A DNA stretch of 63,985 bases, filler included, from Stramenopiles sp. TOSAG23-6 (lineage: Eukaryota), in assembly GCA_900128565.1 (NCBI GenBank). It is 5 parts of 5 records of this genome, joined end to end, with 100 filler letters (N's around TTAATTAATTAA, not from the genome) between each part and the next. Parts side by side here need not be neighbours in the genome. Positions count along the whole stretch, not along the records: positions 25,972 to 38,838 come from LT636186.1; positions 38,939 to 51,747 come from LT636187.1; 3 more parts are not named here. One strand, given 5' to 3'. Both the position numbers and the translations under genes were made by a program. Positions 33,417-45,008 of this stretch are shown here, in pieces. Under the pieces are notes generated by a model that ran no database searches, had not been told where the DNA came from, and saw nothing but the letters and a program-made list of their open reading frames with translations. Each line of letters opens with the position of its first letter. Positions within the stretch are counted from its first letter, which is position 1.

Positions 33417-34506
33417 GATCCCCAGAAAAAACTAAAGCAGTGCTTCCAGTGACAGACAGAAATTTACCACAAATTTCCAAGAATAAATCCCCACCCCTGG
33501 CAGAACGTATTTTGGAAAAATATTTGAAAAAAAAAATCGTTAGGTACAAAATTTCGTACGAAAAAAAATTCGTGAAAAAAAATAAAACGTACACATTGCC
33601 TTGCATGTAGAGTTTTTACGTTTAATTGAAGACTCCAGTATGGAGCTAAAACTGTATGGGCGCTTCCAGTCACTGGGTCTTCATTGATACCTACCCAGGG
33701 TGCAAAATATCTTGAATAAAAATTATGTATTTTGGAAAAATATTTGAAAAAAAAAATTCGTTAGGTACAAAATTTCGTATGAAACAAAATAAAATTTGAA
33801 AAAAAATAAAACATACATATTTTCCATTTCCTCGTAGAGTTATAATTAGACCTTTTACACCGTCACTACCTTTTGTCGCGGCTAATAAATCAGAAATGTT
33901 TGGCTTCAAATCTTCAAGTTCCTTTCGACTAAACGTATCATCAAGACGAAGTAAAAGTTTCTTAGTTGTCTGAGAATACTGAACGTCTACCAAGTGTGAC
34001 AATATGTTTGGACATATATTTGAACCTAGAGCCTTTGCAAGTCTCTTCACCAAGATATTTTCGAGTGTGTATCGAGTTGATGACGTTGGTGCATTGACTG
34101 GGAGTTCCATACAAACAGTCTGATATCCACTATCCACTGGACCAATAGAAGCAAATAGACTGCCTGCGCCTTGGGTTGTCTCAAACTCGATCTTTTGATT
34201 TTTATTTCCTTTTTGGTAAAATATCACAGAAGCAGTCGCCATAGTTGCATGGCCACATAAAGCAACTTCACACATTGGAGTGAACCACCTCAAGCGAAAT
34301 TTCCGACCCGAGCTAAAATCAACTCCTTCTACTATTTGAACAAACGCAGTTTCTGATAAGTTCATTTCTTGAGCAATCTTCAAAAGAACGTCATCACTGG
34401 GCTGAACTCCAGGTGCCAATAAACATACAGCAGCCGGATTACCAGCAAATGGGGCTTCGGCGAAAGCGTCCACCTGATAAAGCGGAATTGTACTCAGTAA
34501 TGCCAT
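33406..34506 (-). CDS. PhzF/PBLD-family isomerase; exons 34506-33817, 33724-33593, 33504-33406
   Basis: VDAFAEAPFAGNPAAVC, EMNLSETAF, LRWFTP.CEVALCGHAT, SRYFAPWVGINEDPVTGSAH, QCSARGG. Confidence 0.95.
33505..33592 (-). mobile_element. Introner-family intron (GT...GT; GT duplicated)
   Basis: tgt|GTACGT...AAAATACGT|tct restores ARQCSARGG. Confidence 0.9.
33725..33816 (-). mobile_element. Introner-family intron (GT...AT)
   Basis: Restores Y|NFYSRYFAPW. Confidence 0.9.
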
Positions 34507-34819
34507 GCAAATTTTCGAAACTCTACGTCTTTTTCGAAAAGTTATCAGATATTATCATATTCTTATGACGATTATGACAGGGTGTCAGGGTCTCCAAACT
34601 TTTTGACTGCCCAGGAATCACGGCACGACCCAACAATAATCGCTTAGGGTTAGGGTTAGCTTGAGCGATCGCGAAATATTTCTCCGACACTCGTGACGAA
34701 CTAATCATTGATAACGTGGTGTACTAATATTATTGAAATGAACCTAACGTTTTCTCCTGATTAACTCTCTATTTGCGGCTCAGTATTTTCTCACTGAAAT
34801 CATAGATTATAGTGTTCAA

Positions 34820-37733
34820 ATGTCTGAATTTAATAAAAGAAAACGTAGGAGACGAATGGCTTCCTTTAGACCTACGTCGTCAGTTGGTGATCTAGATGAA
34901 GATGTCAGTATAAGTTCAACTCCTGTGGAAGCTCCAATAACAGTACCAAAATCTGATATGCCGAAATTTAAAAAACGTTCACGTAAAAAGGGTAAGAAAA
35001 GCAACAGCAATTTTAGAAGTAGTAGTACAAATCACAATACTTTGATCAATAGTAGAGGTATGAGCCTCTGCACAGATGAGCTGGAAGGTGAAGAGACATC
35101 CGTCTTCAAAGTTAAAAAGTCTAAAGTATCACGTGCGCTGCATCGAAAAAAAACAAAGAACAGTAGTACACGAAAAACAAAAGAAGCTTCTACTCTACTA
35201 CGTAAAGAGGAAGTATCGATAAATAGTACCAATCGTACAATAAGTGGTGGGGGGAATTACTCTGTGGAGTCTCTTGCAAAACTTCGTAAGCAGCAACAGT
35301 ACAAAACAATAAATGTCACGAAGGACCAATCGGAACAGTACAGTCTTGAAGATGATGCACAGTTACCCGGTGATGATATATCATTAGCAAAGCCGCTCTT
35401 CGATGCTGGTAAGATTCGACAAGCAAAGCTACAAAGAGCTCATCAGCGGAATACAAAAGAAGGGTCGCTAGAAAAAGGAAGTGATTTCGTGTTACTTGGC
35501 CAACGTGATGGTCAACGTGATGACTCTGTATTAGTCACTGGTGACGACAATGTAAATGTAGGAAGACATTCCAAATTGAGACCGACTGATTTTTCTACCG
35601 AACGAATCAATAAGACGTCTACAAAGCTTAGTGTTGATGACATAGATAATATTTCTTCTACTGTAGCTACTGGTCAAACGCAAAGTGTGTGGGAGCAACA
35701 GCAGATACAGCGTGCACTCAAAGCTAGTTTTGGTAAAGTTTCGAATACATTTCAAAGTAAAAACAACAATAACCCTACGATGACTGTACGTCCCATGAGT
35801 GAATATTCAAGTAGTGATTTATCTACCCTTCGTACAACTGTAGAAATAATACAAATTCTCAAGACTCAATTACGAGCAGTAGAAAGTATTCAATACCAAT
35901 CTGAACAAAAATTGATTGAAATGGAAGAAAGATCTGTAGAAGCAAAAAAATCAGCTAAATCAATAGAAAAACAAATAGATATTTTATCAAATGAGTATGT
36001 AGGTTTGATTTTTTTTTAATTTTTTATCTAATTTTTTTTTTCATACGAAATTTCATACCTAACAAATTTTACAAAACAAAAATATTATTCTTTAGTACAT
36101 GTTTTTTTACAAAAGTTTGCCGATTATGGGAAAACTCTAGTTGGTTGTGTACGAGATAAATTACCAAAAGTCGATCAGTTAGAGCAAGCAATTTATCAAC
36201 TACGAATTGATGCTACAAACAAAGTACAAACCTGTATTAAAAATGTCACAGAAGAAATGCCAAATAATCCGAGAATCATGTATGTTTTATTTTTTTCAAT
36301 TCCGAATTTATTTTTTTCAAAAAATTGTGTACCTAACAAATTTTAGTCGTTTTTTTTGAAATATTTTTCCAAAATACATTTCATCCATTGAAGTATGTAA
36401 ATTATGGCTTACGAATAGTACAATGCATCCGAGAGAATCTATGAGTTTTTTAATGAATGCATTAAAATCGATTGATAAATTATCATGTGGTTTTGATAGA
36501 AGTGGATTTAGCATTCAATTTGGTTGTCCAAACTTTCGATGTATTTCATCTGAAGGAAAGTTTACAGTAAATGCGATTTTACCATTTGAACAATCTATAT
36601 ATGATTCTATCGAAGAAAGAAGGAAAAGTGCACTTGAAGCAGCATCTTTGGTATTTTCAGATGTAGATGAAAAATCAAATTGTAAGTCTTTACAACAAGT
36701 TGTTGAAAGATTTCGTAAAATTCGTATAACATCCCCTGAAGCCTATGGTCAAGCGTACGTAGCGTTTTCAATGCCTCAATTAATATCTATATGGGCAAAG
36801 TTAGAGGTACTTTCTACATGGGATCCACTTATATTGAAGCCATTGGAACCTGTTTCATCCTTTGGTCCTCAACCCCCACCATCTGACGAATCTTTAAATG
36901 ACAAATTATATGATGATGATATGGGTGTGATTGGATTCCAACAGTTTTTGTGGTGGAAGGATTTGTATAGCTACAATCATATCTTTACTGAGGGTGCTAG
37001 AGATGATTATGATATTGGCGAGGCTGAGGAGAAACTTCTTCCTTTTCTTGTTGAATATTCCATTGTACCATGTTTGCTTCATTCTATTGAGCATTGTTGG
37101 GCTCCAAATAAAAGTAATCGCCAAACGAAAAGCGTTGTTGATAATATAAATGAAGTTGGATTGTATAGACCAATGAGTCATAATAAAGAACGCCAATATA
37201 GGAATCCAACGTCGTCATCACAAACACTACCATGGAAGCCATTCACAATGCTCTGTGATGCAGTAATCCAACGTCTTGAGTATTGCATTAGTTTACTTCA
37301 ACCACCTTCTGAAATAAATACTATTTCGGGACAAGTTAGTGAAAAATTCACATTGAATATATTTGAAATGTTATGCTTATATTTATCAATTTGCCGATGT
37401 AACAAGATTAAAGATGTTTCAATCAAAGGAAGATTAGCGAACATTGCCATTAGGAGTGTTTTGAAAGGGTTTATAATTCCAATGTTGAAAAAGATAAAGT
37501 CAAATATTGAAACCTATAACGTAAGCGGATGGGGTATAACAGCGATACTATCCATATGTCAAGTTCTAGCTAATGTAACGCCAAGATCATGGATACAAGA
37601 TCGTTCTCATCAGTACCAACAAGAAGCTCCTGGAATTGTTTCATTTCGAGCTTTTGTTCAAAATATATATTCTGCGACAAATTATGATCAACAAACGCGC
37701 ATGAAAATATTGGAAAAATTATCAAAGAAATAA
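34820..37733 (+). CDS. GCFC2/PAXBP1-like protein; exons 34820-35998, 36101-36279, 36380-37733
   Basis: WEQQQIQRA; YVFLQKFADY...GCVRDKLP.VDQLE; VFSDV...RF......EAYGQAY...S.PQL......L....WDPL. Confidence 0.75.
35999..36100 (+). mobile_element. Introner-family intron (GT...AT)
   Basis: tat|GTAGGT...TACCTAAC...AGTACAT|gtt; a GT-AG variant 36003-36095 is also in frame. Confidence 0.75.
36280..36379 (+). mobile_element. Introner-family intron (GT...AT)
   Basis: at|GTATGT...AAAATACAT|t; frame restored. Confidence 0.85.
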
Positions 37734-37869
37734 AAACAATATGGAGTGTAATGTATTATAATTGACAAATAAAGCTTTTTAATTACTAAAAAAGTGTTTC
37801 AATCTTATTTCTCCAAAAAAGTCGAGTATATAGCTTATATACGTGTAATGAGAGTAATATGTTTTTCAT

Positions 37870-38780
37870 TTAAATCCTAACAATTTCAACACGAGTTCGC
37901 GATGAAATTTGGTGTGTCTTGGCTTCACTTTCTGTTTGGTTGTCTTTATCTTCCAGCTTAAGTGGCTGAATCACAATGCGAGCATATGTTCCAGGAGCAC
38001 ATTTTCTGCAAAGTGTCCCAGCATTCACAGCAATTGTATTCGCACCTCCCGTTGCAGCACTAGGCATTGCATCAGCAAAGAAATTGAGCTGTGATCGTAG
38101 TAATAAAATATCAGGAGAACATGGCAAAGTTGCATGACGTAATAACGCCAAGTCGAGAGGAAATCCTTGTTTTGGTGGGAAAATTGGGTACATACTACGC
38201 TGGTTGATACAGTTTGCTGCAAGAATCATTGGCTTCTTTGGCCGTTTTGCATTCTTTGCAGCTGCTTGAGCTGCCCAGCGGTAACAGTCTCGACCAAGTT
38301 GATGCCCAATAATGTCATGACTACCAAGTATTGTGAAAAAATATTTCTACAAAAAAATCGTTAGGTACGAAATTTCGTATGAAAAAAAAAATTAAATTGG
38401 AAATTCATATAAAACGTACAACTGTCATGGTGACGTCTCCAATTTTCAGCGTTGAGGGATTTGGTACGGACATAATCTGTCCATTATTTGTGAAATCACT
38501 ACCCAATTCATCGGTGAAGAAGCGCGAAGAAAATGCTGGTTGTGGAAATACTGGTGTATGGTGTGCATCTTGTATAGACGGAACTAACACAATTTTACTT
38601 TTAAGATCTAAATGTGACATTTCCACCAACATTTTAAGAATAACTTGCTCAGTAAAGAGTTGGTCGTAAGTTACATCCTTCATTGCTGTGCTACCTGTCT
38701 GTTTCTTCTCTAGATCTGGAATACGAAGTCTTCCACTTTTTACCATAGGGTGATTTAAATCAACAAATGGACCTTGGAGT
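37870..38780 (-). CDS. POLA2: DNA polymerase alpha subunit B (5' partial); exons 38780-38420, 38325-37870
   Basis: GPFVD..H, LVPSIQDAHHTPVFPQP, PNPSTL, QRSMYPIFPP, PDILLL.S.L..F, VNAG.L. Confidence 0.9.
38326..38419 (-). mobile_element. Introner-family intron (GT...TT; TT duplicated)
   Basis: gtt|GTACGT...CACAATACTT|ggt; frame restored. Confidence 0.85.
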
Positions 38781-38838
38781 ATGTATTTTGGGAAAATATT
38801 TTCAATTTTTTTGTTAGGTACAAACTTTCGTACGAAAA
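38781..38838 (-). mobile_element. Introner-family intron, 3' part (...AT), truncated by contig end
   Basis: Core plus CCAAAATACAT on minus strand. Confidence 0.85.
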
Positions 38839-38938
38839 NNNNNNNNNNNNNNNNNNNNNNNNNNNNNNNNNNNNNNNNNNNNTTAATTAATTAANNNNNN
38901 NNNNNNNNNNNNNNNNNNNNNNNNNNNNNNNNNNNNNN
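38839..38938. other. Artificial contig linker
   Basis: 100 nt N/TTAATTAATTAA. Confidence 0.95.
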
Positions 38939-38966
38939 TAAAGTAGACTACTTTTTAAAACTCTTT

Positions 38967-40059
38967 TTATTTAAGTAATTGAGGCTTGAAAATACGAACT
39001 AAACTATAAATGATTGTAACAATTTTTTCATATGTCATAAACATAAATGCAGCAGTAAGTACAGTCTGCCAAAGTTTGGTTTCTATACCAGCATAAAGGC
39101 CTCTCAGTCCATGAGAACAAAAAATACGACGAAGCATTTTAATAGTTGAGCGTCTATCTATTTTACTACAACATCTTTTAGCACGCCTTTGTGAAACATC
39201 AACGGATGAATTCATCTTTTCACATTTTTTTTCAGTGTTTAGACTTTTCTCAATAGATTTACAATTTCTTCTTTGTAACCCAATTTTATTTTTAGATTGT
39301 CCAGTACCTTTATCAATACCCGCTTGATATCCAATATGGATACGTAGCAATAGTTGCAACTAATTTTGCAATTGCCCCAGCAAAAAAGATTTTGTGTGCG
39401 CCAAGTGAGATGCCCTTTGAATATTGTTGATCAGCCGTTGAAAGATACCATTTTAAACGTTCATATACCAAAAATTGAATGACAGGATTACAAACTAATA
39501 TGAGAGATGGAATTGTGCCTGCCCATAAGGCAAAAACTCCTTCTTCCTTAAGAATGTGAACCAAGCCATCTAGAAGATTTTTATACTTCTTTATATTGTT
39601 TTTCTTTGGTTGAAGAGTTTTTTTCTTCATTTCTTTTCCAGTGAGTTTCATTCTAGTATTTACAACCCAAAGAGGTGTTGTTGCAAGCACATTCACTGAG
39701 CCTGCTATCGTAGCTACACCCATATTGATCAGCGGAGGAAGGATTTTATCGTCAGATGAAGACAGCAGAGCTAATTTAAGACTTTCATACGTAAAAAAAT
39801 ATATGAAGTAGGATGTTGCTACTGTCACTTGAACCGCACCTAAGCCAGCGTAAAGCGATACTAATCCTTCTTTCTTGATGATGTTTATTAATAGCTCCCA
39901 AGTTCCTACACTTACATCTACGCTATCTTTCAGTGTTTTATCTGTAAAAAAAGCTTGCTGTCGTGTTCGAAGAGTATCAAGAGGGTAAAACAGAGTTATG
40001 GCAACAAGACTTCCCGTTGCCCCTGCAATTGCGTGTATAATACCTTCAGCTTTTAGCAT
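38967..40059 (-). CDS. Peroxisomal carrier PMP34/SLC25A17-like, frameshifted near 39335
   Basis: YPLDTLRTR, TTPLWVVNTRM, LVCNPVIQF.VYE.LK, ATYP, GLYAG...KL.QTVLTAAFMF..YEKI. Confidence 0.85.
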
Positions 40060-40352
40060 TTGCTTATATAGAATTCAGTTCTGCTGATACATGATAATAT
40101 TCTAGAAAAAGAAAAATTCTTTTTTCTCCGTCAATCTAAATCTCTCTTTCGATCTATTTTTTTTATCTGACCGATGGAATGTTACCCGGTACCAGGGTTG
40201 GAGAGAGAACTTTCTTTAAAAATTGCAAGAGACTACGTTTTTTACACACAGTTACTTTTACGACATCTTGAAAACGCTCTAAAATTCATTTTTATGTCGA
40301 TGTTGACATGATCAAGACAGGTAGATTTCAATATTATACAAAATAATATACG

Positions 40353-41870
40353 ATGCGGGCAAGAAGTTTGATACTAGACACTTTAGACGTAGAAAATTCT
40401 GCCACCACAACGAGTATCAAAGCTTCAGCTCTCCCCATGAACACGACTACTCTTGAAGCATTGCCATCACCTGTCCAACGACGAGCTGAGTCCGTTTTAG
40501 TCCCACAACAGAGAATAATACCTGGTAATAATCCAAACGGATCAATGGCAATATATGGTGTTGCTCAACCTCCAATATGGTCATCATCGTTCAAAAGTTT
40601 TGTAGAGTGTCCTCAACAGCCACCAAGTGTGCCGAATTTATCCAAAGACACGAAAAAAAACTTAAAGAATTTATCCAAAGACACGAAAAAAACCTTAAAG
40701 AAGGATACTAGTAATATTACATTAGATATAGATACACACATTCATGATATTAATAATAATCCCCAAAATTCAAAAAGACAGTTTGAACTCACACCCCTAG
40801 CACAGTATATTGAAACGAATAAGTTTTGGGCTACTGGATGTAAGTCTAAGTACTCACTTGATAAGTCTAGTTCAAATAAAAGGTTTCCTAAAACAATTGA
40901 AAGACCTAAAACGATTGAAAAACCTAAAACGATTGAAAGACCTAAAACGATTGAAAAACCTAAAACGATTGAAAGACCTAAACTGGTGGAACACCAAGAT
41001 ATCCTACAAGCAACCAAGTTAAGTCAAAGTCTTAGGTGGAAAGAACAACAAATGTATAAAGACAAATGGAAGAATAAAGAAGCATTGACTTTAGAATATG
41101 AAGAAGAAAAGAAAAGAGAAAAAGAAGTTCAGAATGTAAATTGTGAAGAAAAAAATCCAGAAGGAAACGTCGAGTTGAAGAAAGATAAAAATAAACAAAT
41201 ATTACATGAAGAAATATCAACTGCCGTAGCAAACGCTCTACAGCGAACGCAAATTAGATCTCGGAGATTATCAAAGAAACGAAAAAATAATAGAAATATG
41301 AAAAAAATCAAAATTGTAGAAGAAAAAGAACCAACTTTGACTGAAGCCATCTTTGCCAGTCAAGCTGCAGTGAAAGTTTCAATAAATGAATCAAATGTGG
41401 AAGTTTTCAAACAGCCATTAAATGTTGTCAGGATGAATAGCGATAAAAAAAGCTCAGATAATAACCCTAATACCTCATTATACTCAGTACATCATGTAGG
41501 GTTAGGGCTAAGTCAGACAAATAGTTTTAATGCCCTAAACAAAGTTGATGATGTTGAAGATTCTCATCCTGCTTTAGGGTTAGGGTCACAAGATCATTCC
41601 ATTGATGGTATGACTCTTGCAGAATATGTTTATGTTGATGAATATGTACGTTCACATTTCTTCATCCATTTATTTATTTTTTTTTGCATACGAAATTTTG
41701 TACCTAACGAATTTTACAGAAAAAAATATTTTTTCACAAAATTTAAAAGACGAGTAAAAGAAACTGTGACTGAACTTTCTCGACATGCTGATAAAAGGCA
41801 AGTTGTCCGGACGAGACAAGGTCCCCTTGTTCAAGCGAATGGTGGAATTGGCTGGGTCGTCTCTCTATAG
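40353..41870 (+). CDS. Hypothetical protein with PKTIE(R/K) repeats; probable intron 41646-41744
   Basis: 505 aa ORF reading through a repeat copy. Confidence 0.6.
   Translation: MRARSLILDTLDVENSATTTSIKASALPMNTTTLEALPSPVQRRAESVLVPQQRIIPGNNPNGSMAIYGVAQPPIWSSSFKSFVECPQQPPSVPNLSKDTKKNLKNLSKDTKKTLKKDTSNITLDIDTHIHDINNNPQNSKRQFELTPLAQYIETNKFWATGCKSKYSLDKSSSNKRFPKTIERPKTIEKPKTIERPKTIEKPKTIERPKLVEHQDILQATKLSQSLRWKEQQMYKDKWKNKEALTLEYEEEKKREKEVQNVNCEEKNPEGNVELKKDKNKQILHEEISTAVANALQRTQIRSRRLSKKRKNNRNMKKIKIVEEKEPTLTEAIFASQAAVKVSINESNVEVFKQPLNVVRMNSDKKSSDNNPNTSLYSVHHVGLGLSQTNSFNALNKVDDVEDSHPALGLGSQDHSIDGMTLAEYVYVDEYVRSHFFIHLFIFFCIRNFVPNEFYRKKYFFTKFKRRVKETVTELSRHADKRQVVRTRQGPLVQANGGIGWVVSL
40887..40982 (+). 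repeat. 18-bp coding tandem repeat x5
   Basis: CCTAAAACRATTGAAARA units. Confidence 0.9.
41646..41744 (+). mobile_element. Introner-family intron (GT...TT), 99 nt, in frame and stop-free
   Basis: GTACGT...ATACGAAATTTTGTACCTAAC...CACAAAATTT; 3' end inferred from geometry. Confidence 0.7.
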
Positions 41871-42124
41871 TTTTATATAGAGTTTCTATGAATTTCAAAA
41901 GGTATATTAATAAATTGATACAATGGTCGAGTAGTCTAGAGATATATAAGAAGATATATAAGAAATAGTGATAAATTGATACATATAATTGTACATATAA
42001 ACAATAACACATATAAACAATAAACAGAAATAATTGGTAGATGTTTTAGTATCTATATTATTCATAGTACACACATTTTATATACATAGAAAACTAAAAG
42101 ATTTAAATCTAGATATTTTCTTAA

Positions 42125-43048
42125 TTAACCTGACCATGAACCGCTAGAATTTCCGTTAGTTGAAGAAGTTGAGGATTCAATCAAATCCATTAACAAAGAA
42201 TCGGCACTGAGAAAGAGGCGGTTTCCTCCACGTGCAACAGCCTGAGAAATTTCTTTTGCAGCTTCAATTTTACGAAGTTCGAGAAAAGCTGGGTTACCCT
42301 TGATGGCGTCACCAATGAGCTCAGCAGAAATAGCGTCTCCTTGAGCTTTGATGATAGCAGCTTTTTTATCTTGTAATGCTTTTGTTACAACATAAGATGC
42401 ACGTTGAGCTTCCTGTTGAGCAACCTGCTTAGCCTCTACAGCGGCTGTAAATTCTCTACCAAAAGCAAGATCAATAATAGAAACATCTTCTACTTCAATA
42501 AAAAAATCAGTTGCTCGAGAGGTGAGTTCTCTCTTGATCTCTGCTGACACACTGTCACGTTTAGTCAATAATTCTGTGGCATTAAATCTAGCAACAACAG
42601 ACTTTAAGACTTCGTTTACAATAGAAGGCAATACTTTCTCGTCGTAGTTGTAACCAAGCTGGCGATACATTTCTGCAAGAGTGTCTTTGTTTGGTTTGTG
42701 GAGAATACGGAGGTTGATGTTAACCATCTGTAAATCCTGAGAACCAGTCAAGGAGTGACTTGTGTGTGGACGAGTACGAATATCATAAATATATGGGCGC
42801 TCAAGCCAGGGAATAACAAAATGAATTCCTTCTTTCTTTACACCTGGCTGCATACCAGTGAGACGACTGTAAACGACAGCTCTGTGACCACCGTCTACGG
42901 TGAATACTGAATTATACGCGAGGCCAGCTAATGCGCCAGCACCAGCTACAGCTTTTGCTGCCATTATAATTCGGCTACCACCACCGCCTCCTCCAGCGTT
43001 CATCTTTGAAGACATATTCTCCATACCTGCCTTGAATTTATCAGCCAT
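42125..43048 (-). CDS. PHB2: Prohibitin-2
   Basis: FTVDGGHRAVVYSRLTG, TGSQDLQMVNI.LR, VLPSIVNEVLKSVVA.FNA, AVEAKQVAQQEAQRA, LRKIEAA. Confidence 0.9.
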   Translation of the reverse strand: MADKFKAGMENMSSKMNAGGGGGGSRIIMAAKAVAGAGALAGLAYNSVFTVDGGHRAVVYSRLTGMQPGVKKEGIHFVIPWLERPYIYDIRTRPHTSHSLTGSQDLQMVNINLRILHKPNKDTLAEMYRQLGYNYDEKVLPSIVNEVLKSVVARFNATELLTKRDSVSAEIKRELTSRATDFFIEVEDVSIIDLAFGREFTAAVEAKQVAQQEAQRASYVVTKALQDKKAAIIKAQGDAISAELIGDAIKGNPAFLELRKIEAAKEISQAVARGGNRLFLSADSLLMDLIESSTSSTNGNSSGSWSG

Positions 43049-43302
43049 CTTATAATCGATTTGGTAAAAATTTGTCAAATCACTCGCACAGAAGTGTACG
43101 TAGAAAAACACAAAGAAGCAACACAAGCACGCGCACAAACTGAATACTCGACAATATTATTACGTACCCGGTTCCGGTTACCATTGAATGTTACCCGGTA
43201 CACTTTTTTTTCTCGAGATTATTAAATACAAAAATAAACATTGAAAATGATATTAAGGATGAAATGCTTTATTTCAATTCAGTTTGGGTTCAACAAAAGT
43301 CC

Positions 43303-44721
43303 TTAAACTTTTCCTTCCTCCATATTTCGTGCACCCGTGTCATTATTTTCTGTGGGAACATCATTTGTATCAGAGCCGACTGCTAAGCATATAATGCACG
43401 ATGAGCAGCAACATAGTAGTCCTAAAGGTATAGTAAAAGGTAAGATGACTTCCCAAATACTAATATTTGAACCATCCAAACGAATACATAATAATACAGT
43501 AGTAACAAGCATAAGAGTACATACAATTGTATCACATATAATAGTACCTTTAGAATCTTCTCCTATTTGTTCATTTTTGCTTGTGTGATCACTACCAACA
43601 TCTACACCAGAGCCTCTGTCAGCAATATTTTGTTTCATTCTAGTCTTGACTAAAAACCGACGCCACAGAAAAGATAAATATTTGAAGGCAAATAAAATCC
43701 AGAGTGGGATAAAAACAGATGACCAAGGTTTTCCACTTGCCTTACGATCGTCTAACTTATCACATAAAAGGAAAACAAAACAAATTCTACAAACGCTTGG
43801 GACGATTTCAAACAAAACGAAACAATGAAAGTTTCGCGTTCGGAAAATATTTTGTCTATCCGCTGCTTTGATTGCTGCAAAAACCGAATATTTTTCAGCC
43901 ACATACATTAATTTTGTCATTGATAAAATTTCCCACAAAACCCAAGGTATGAGTACACTATACCAGGACCAAGAGACTACGTGATCTAATTTCAAGACAA
44001 CATTAATTTGTACACTAATAAACAAAAGAAGGCTTAAGTTAAATATAAAGACTTCAAATCTATGACGTTTTTCTTCAGGCAAAGATAAGCCAGCAACAGC
44101 TGCTGAAGACGTTTTACCACATATACTATGAATGCAACAACCACCACAAAACAAAGCAACCGCATCCACAACCCATAAAGGAATAAACGTTATTGACCAC
44201 TTCCAGTGAATGCTTTTCTCCACTCTCAAAATGAAAAACAATGGTACCGAGCACAAGAAAGCAATGATAAAAATGAGTACTAAAAATATAAATATACGCT
44301 GCTTCGAAGAAGTCTGATGAAACATAGCAGCTAGCACTTCTGGACTAACGTTCTGCATTCCTTGTTCCATTACCTTAACTCCGTCTTCGCCAAGTTGGTC
44401 GTATACTTTTCGCTTTCTTTCATCTTTGAGAATATTGTAAGCACTGCTAATCAACTGAAACTCACTAGTCTTACTTGCATCACCGGGAAACTTATCGGGG
44501 TGACACTTACGAGCTTTTTTATGATATGCTTTTTTGATTTCAGTGAATGATGCAGACTTTTTAACACCCAGAATATCATAAAGCGTCAACTTCGTATTAG
44601 CTGCGTCTGCCGATGCTTTCACTGGCTGACGCGATTCTGCAGTTGTGTTATACGACTGGTGCTTATTATCGTCATCATTTTCTGTAGCACCTGCAACTGG
44701 TTTTGCCCCCAGAAGAGGCAT
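43303..44721 (-). CDS. DnaJ-domain multi-pass membrane protein (TMEM185/Fragile-X-F-like TM region)
   Basis: LYDILGV...IKKAY...A...HPDK; repeated W..(V/T)FIPLW TM motifs. Confidence 0.85.
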   Translation of the reverse strand: MPLLGAKPVAGATENDDDNKHQSYNTTAESRQPVKASADAANTKLTLYDILGVKKSASFTEIKKAYHKKARKCHPDKFPGDASKTSEFQLISSAYNILKDERKRKVYDQLGEDGVKVMEQGMQNVSPEVLAAMFHQTSSKQRIFIFLVLIFIIAFLCSVPLFFILRVEKSIHWKWSITFIPLWVVDAVALFCGGCCIHSICGKTSSAAVAGLSLPEEKRHRFEVFIFNLSLLLFISVQINVVLKLDHVVSWSWYSVLIPWVLWEILSMTKLMYVAEKYSVFAAIKAADRQNIFRTRNFHCFVLFEIVPSVCRICFVFLLCDKLDDRKASGKPWSSVFIPLWILFAFKYLSFLWRRFLVKTRMKQNIADRGSGVDVGSDHTSKNEQIGEDSKGTIICDTIVCTLMLVTTVLLCIRLDGSNISIWEVILPFTIPLGLLCCCSSCIICLAVGSDTNDVPTENNDTGARNMEEGKV

Positions 44722-45008
44722 TCCTTGGTCAGAGTTTGAATCACTAATTTTTCTGAAATATACAACGAGCAGCAGAAATATATTGCGATTTATATTCTGG
44801 AATTCGAATTAGCAGTATGGAGAGAGACGACGAGATCGACGACTTCGACAAAATTCTTTTAATTCTTTTTTTTTTGTTTTTCGTTTTCTACTGACTGCGC
44901 AAAACTGCTTTGCTTTGCTAAAATTGAAATTGAATTTGAAAATTTGAAATTTGAAATTTGAATTTTTTTGAAATAAAAACAAAAAAACAACTCGTCATAA
45001 AACTCGGA

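Noticed and set aside
33260-33610. Recurrent peptides YEILYLT / VRNFVPN / RTKFRT in many ORFs
   Set aside because: Translations of the intronic repeat in different frames, not a protein domain.
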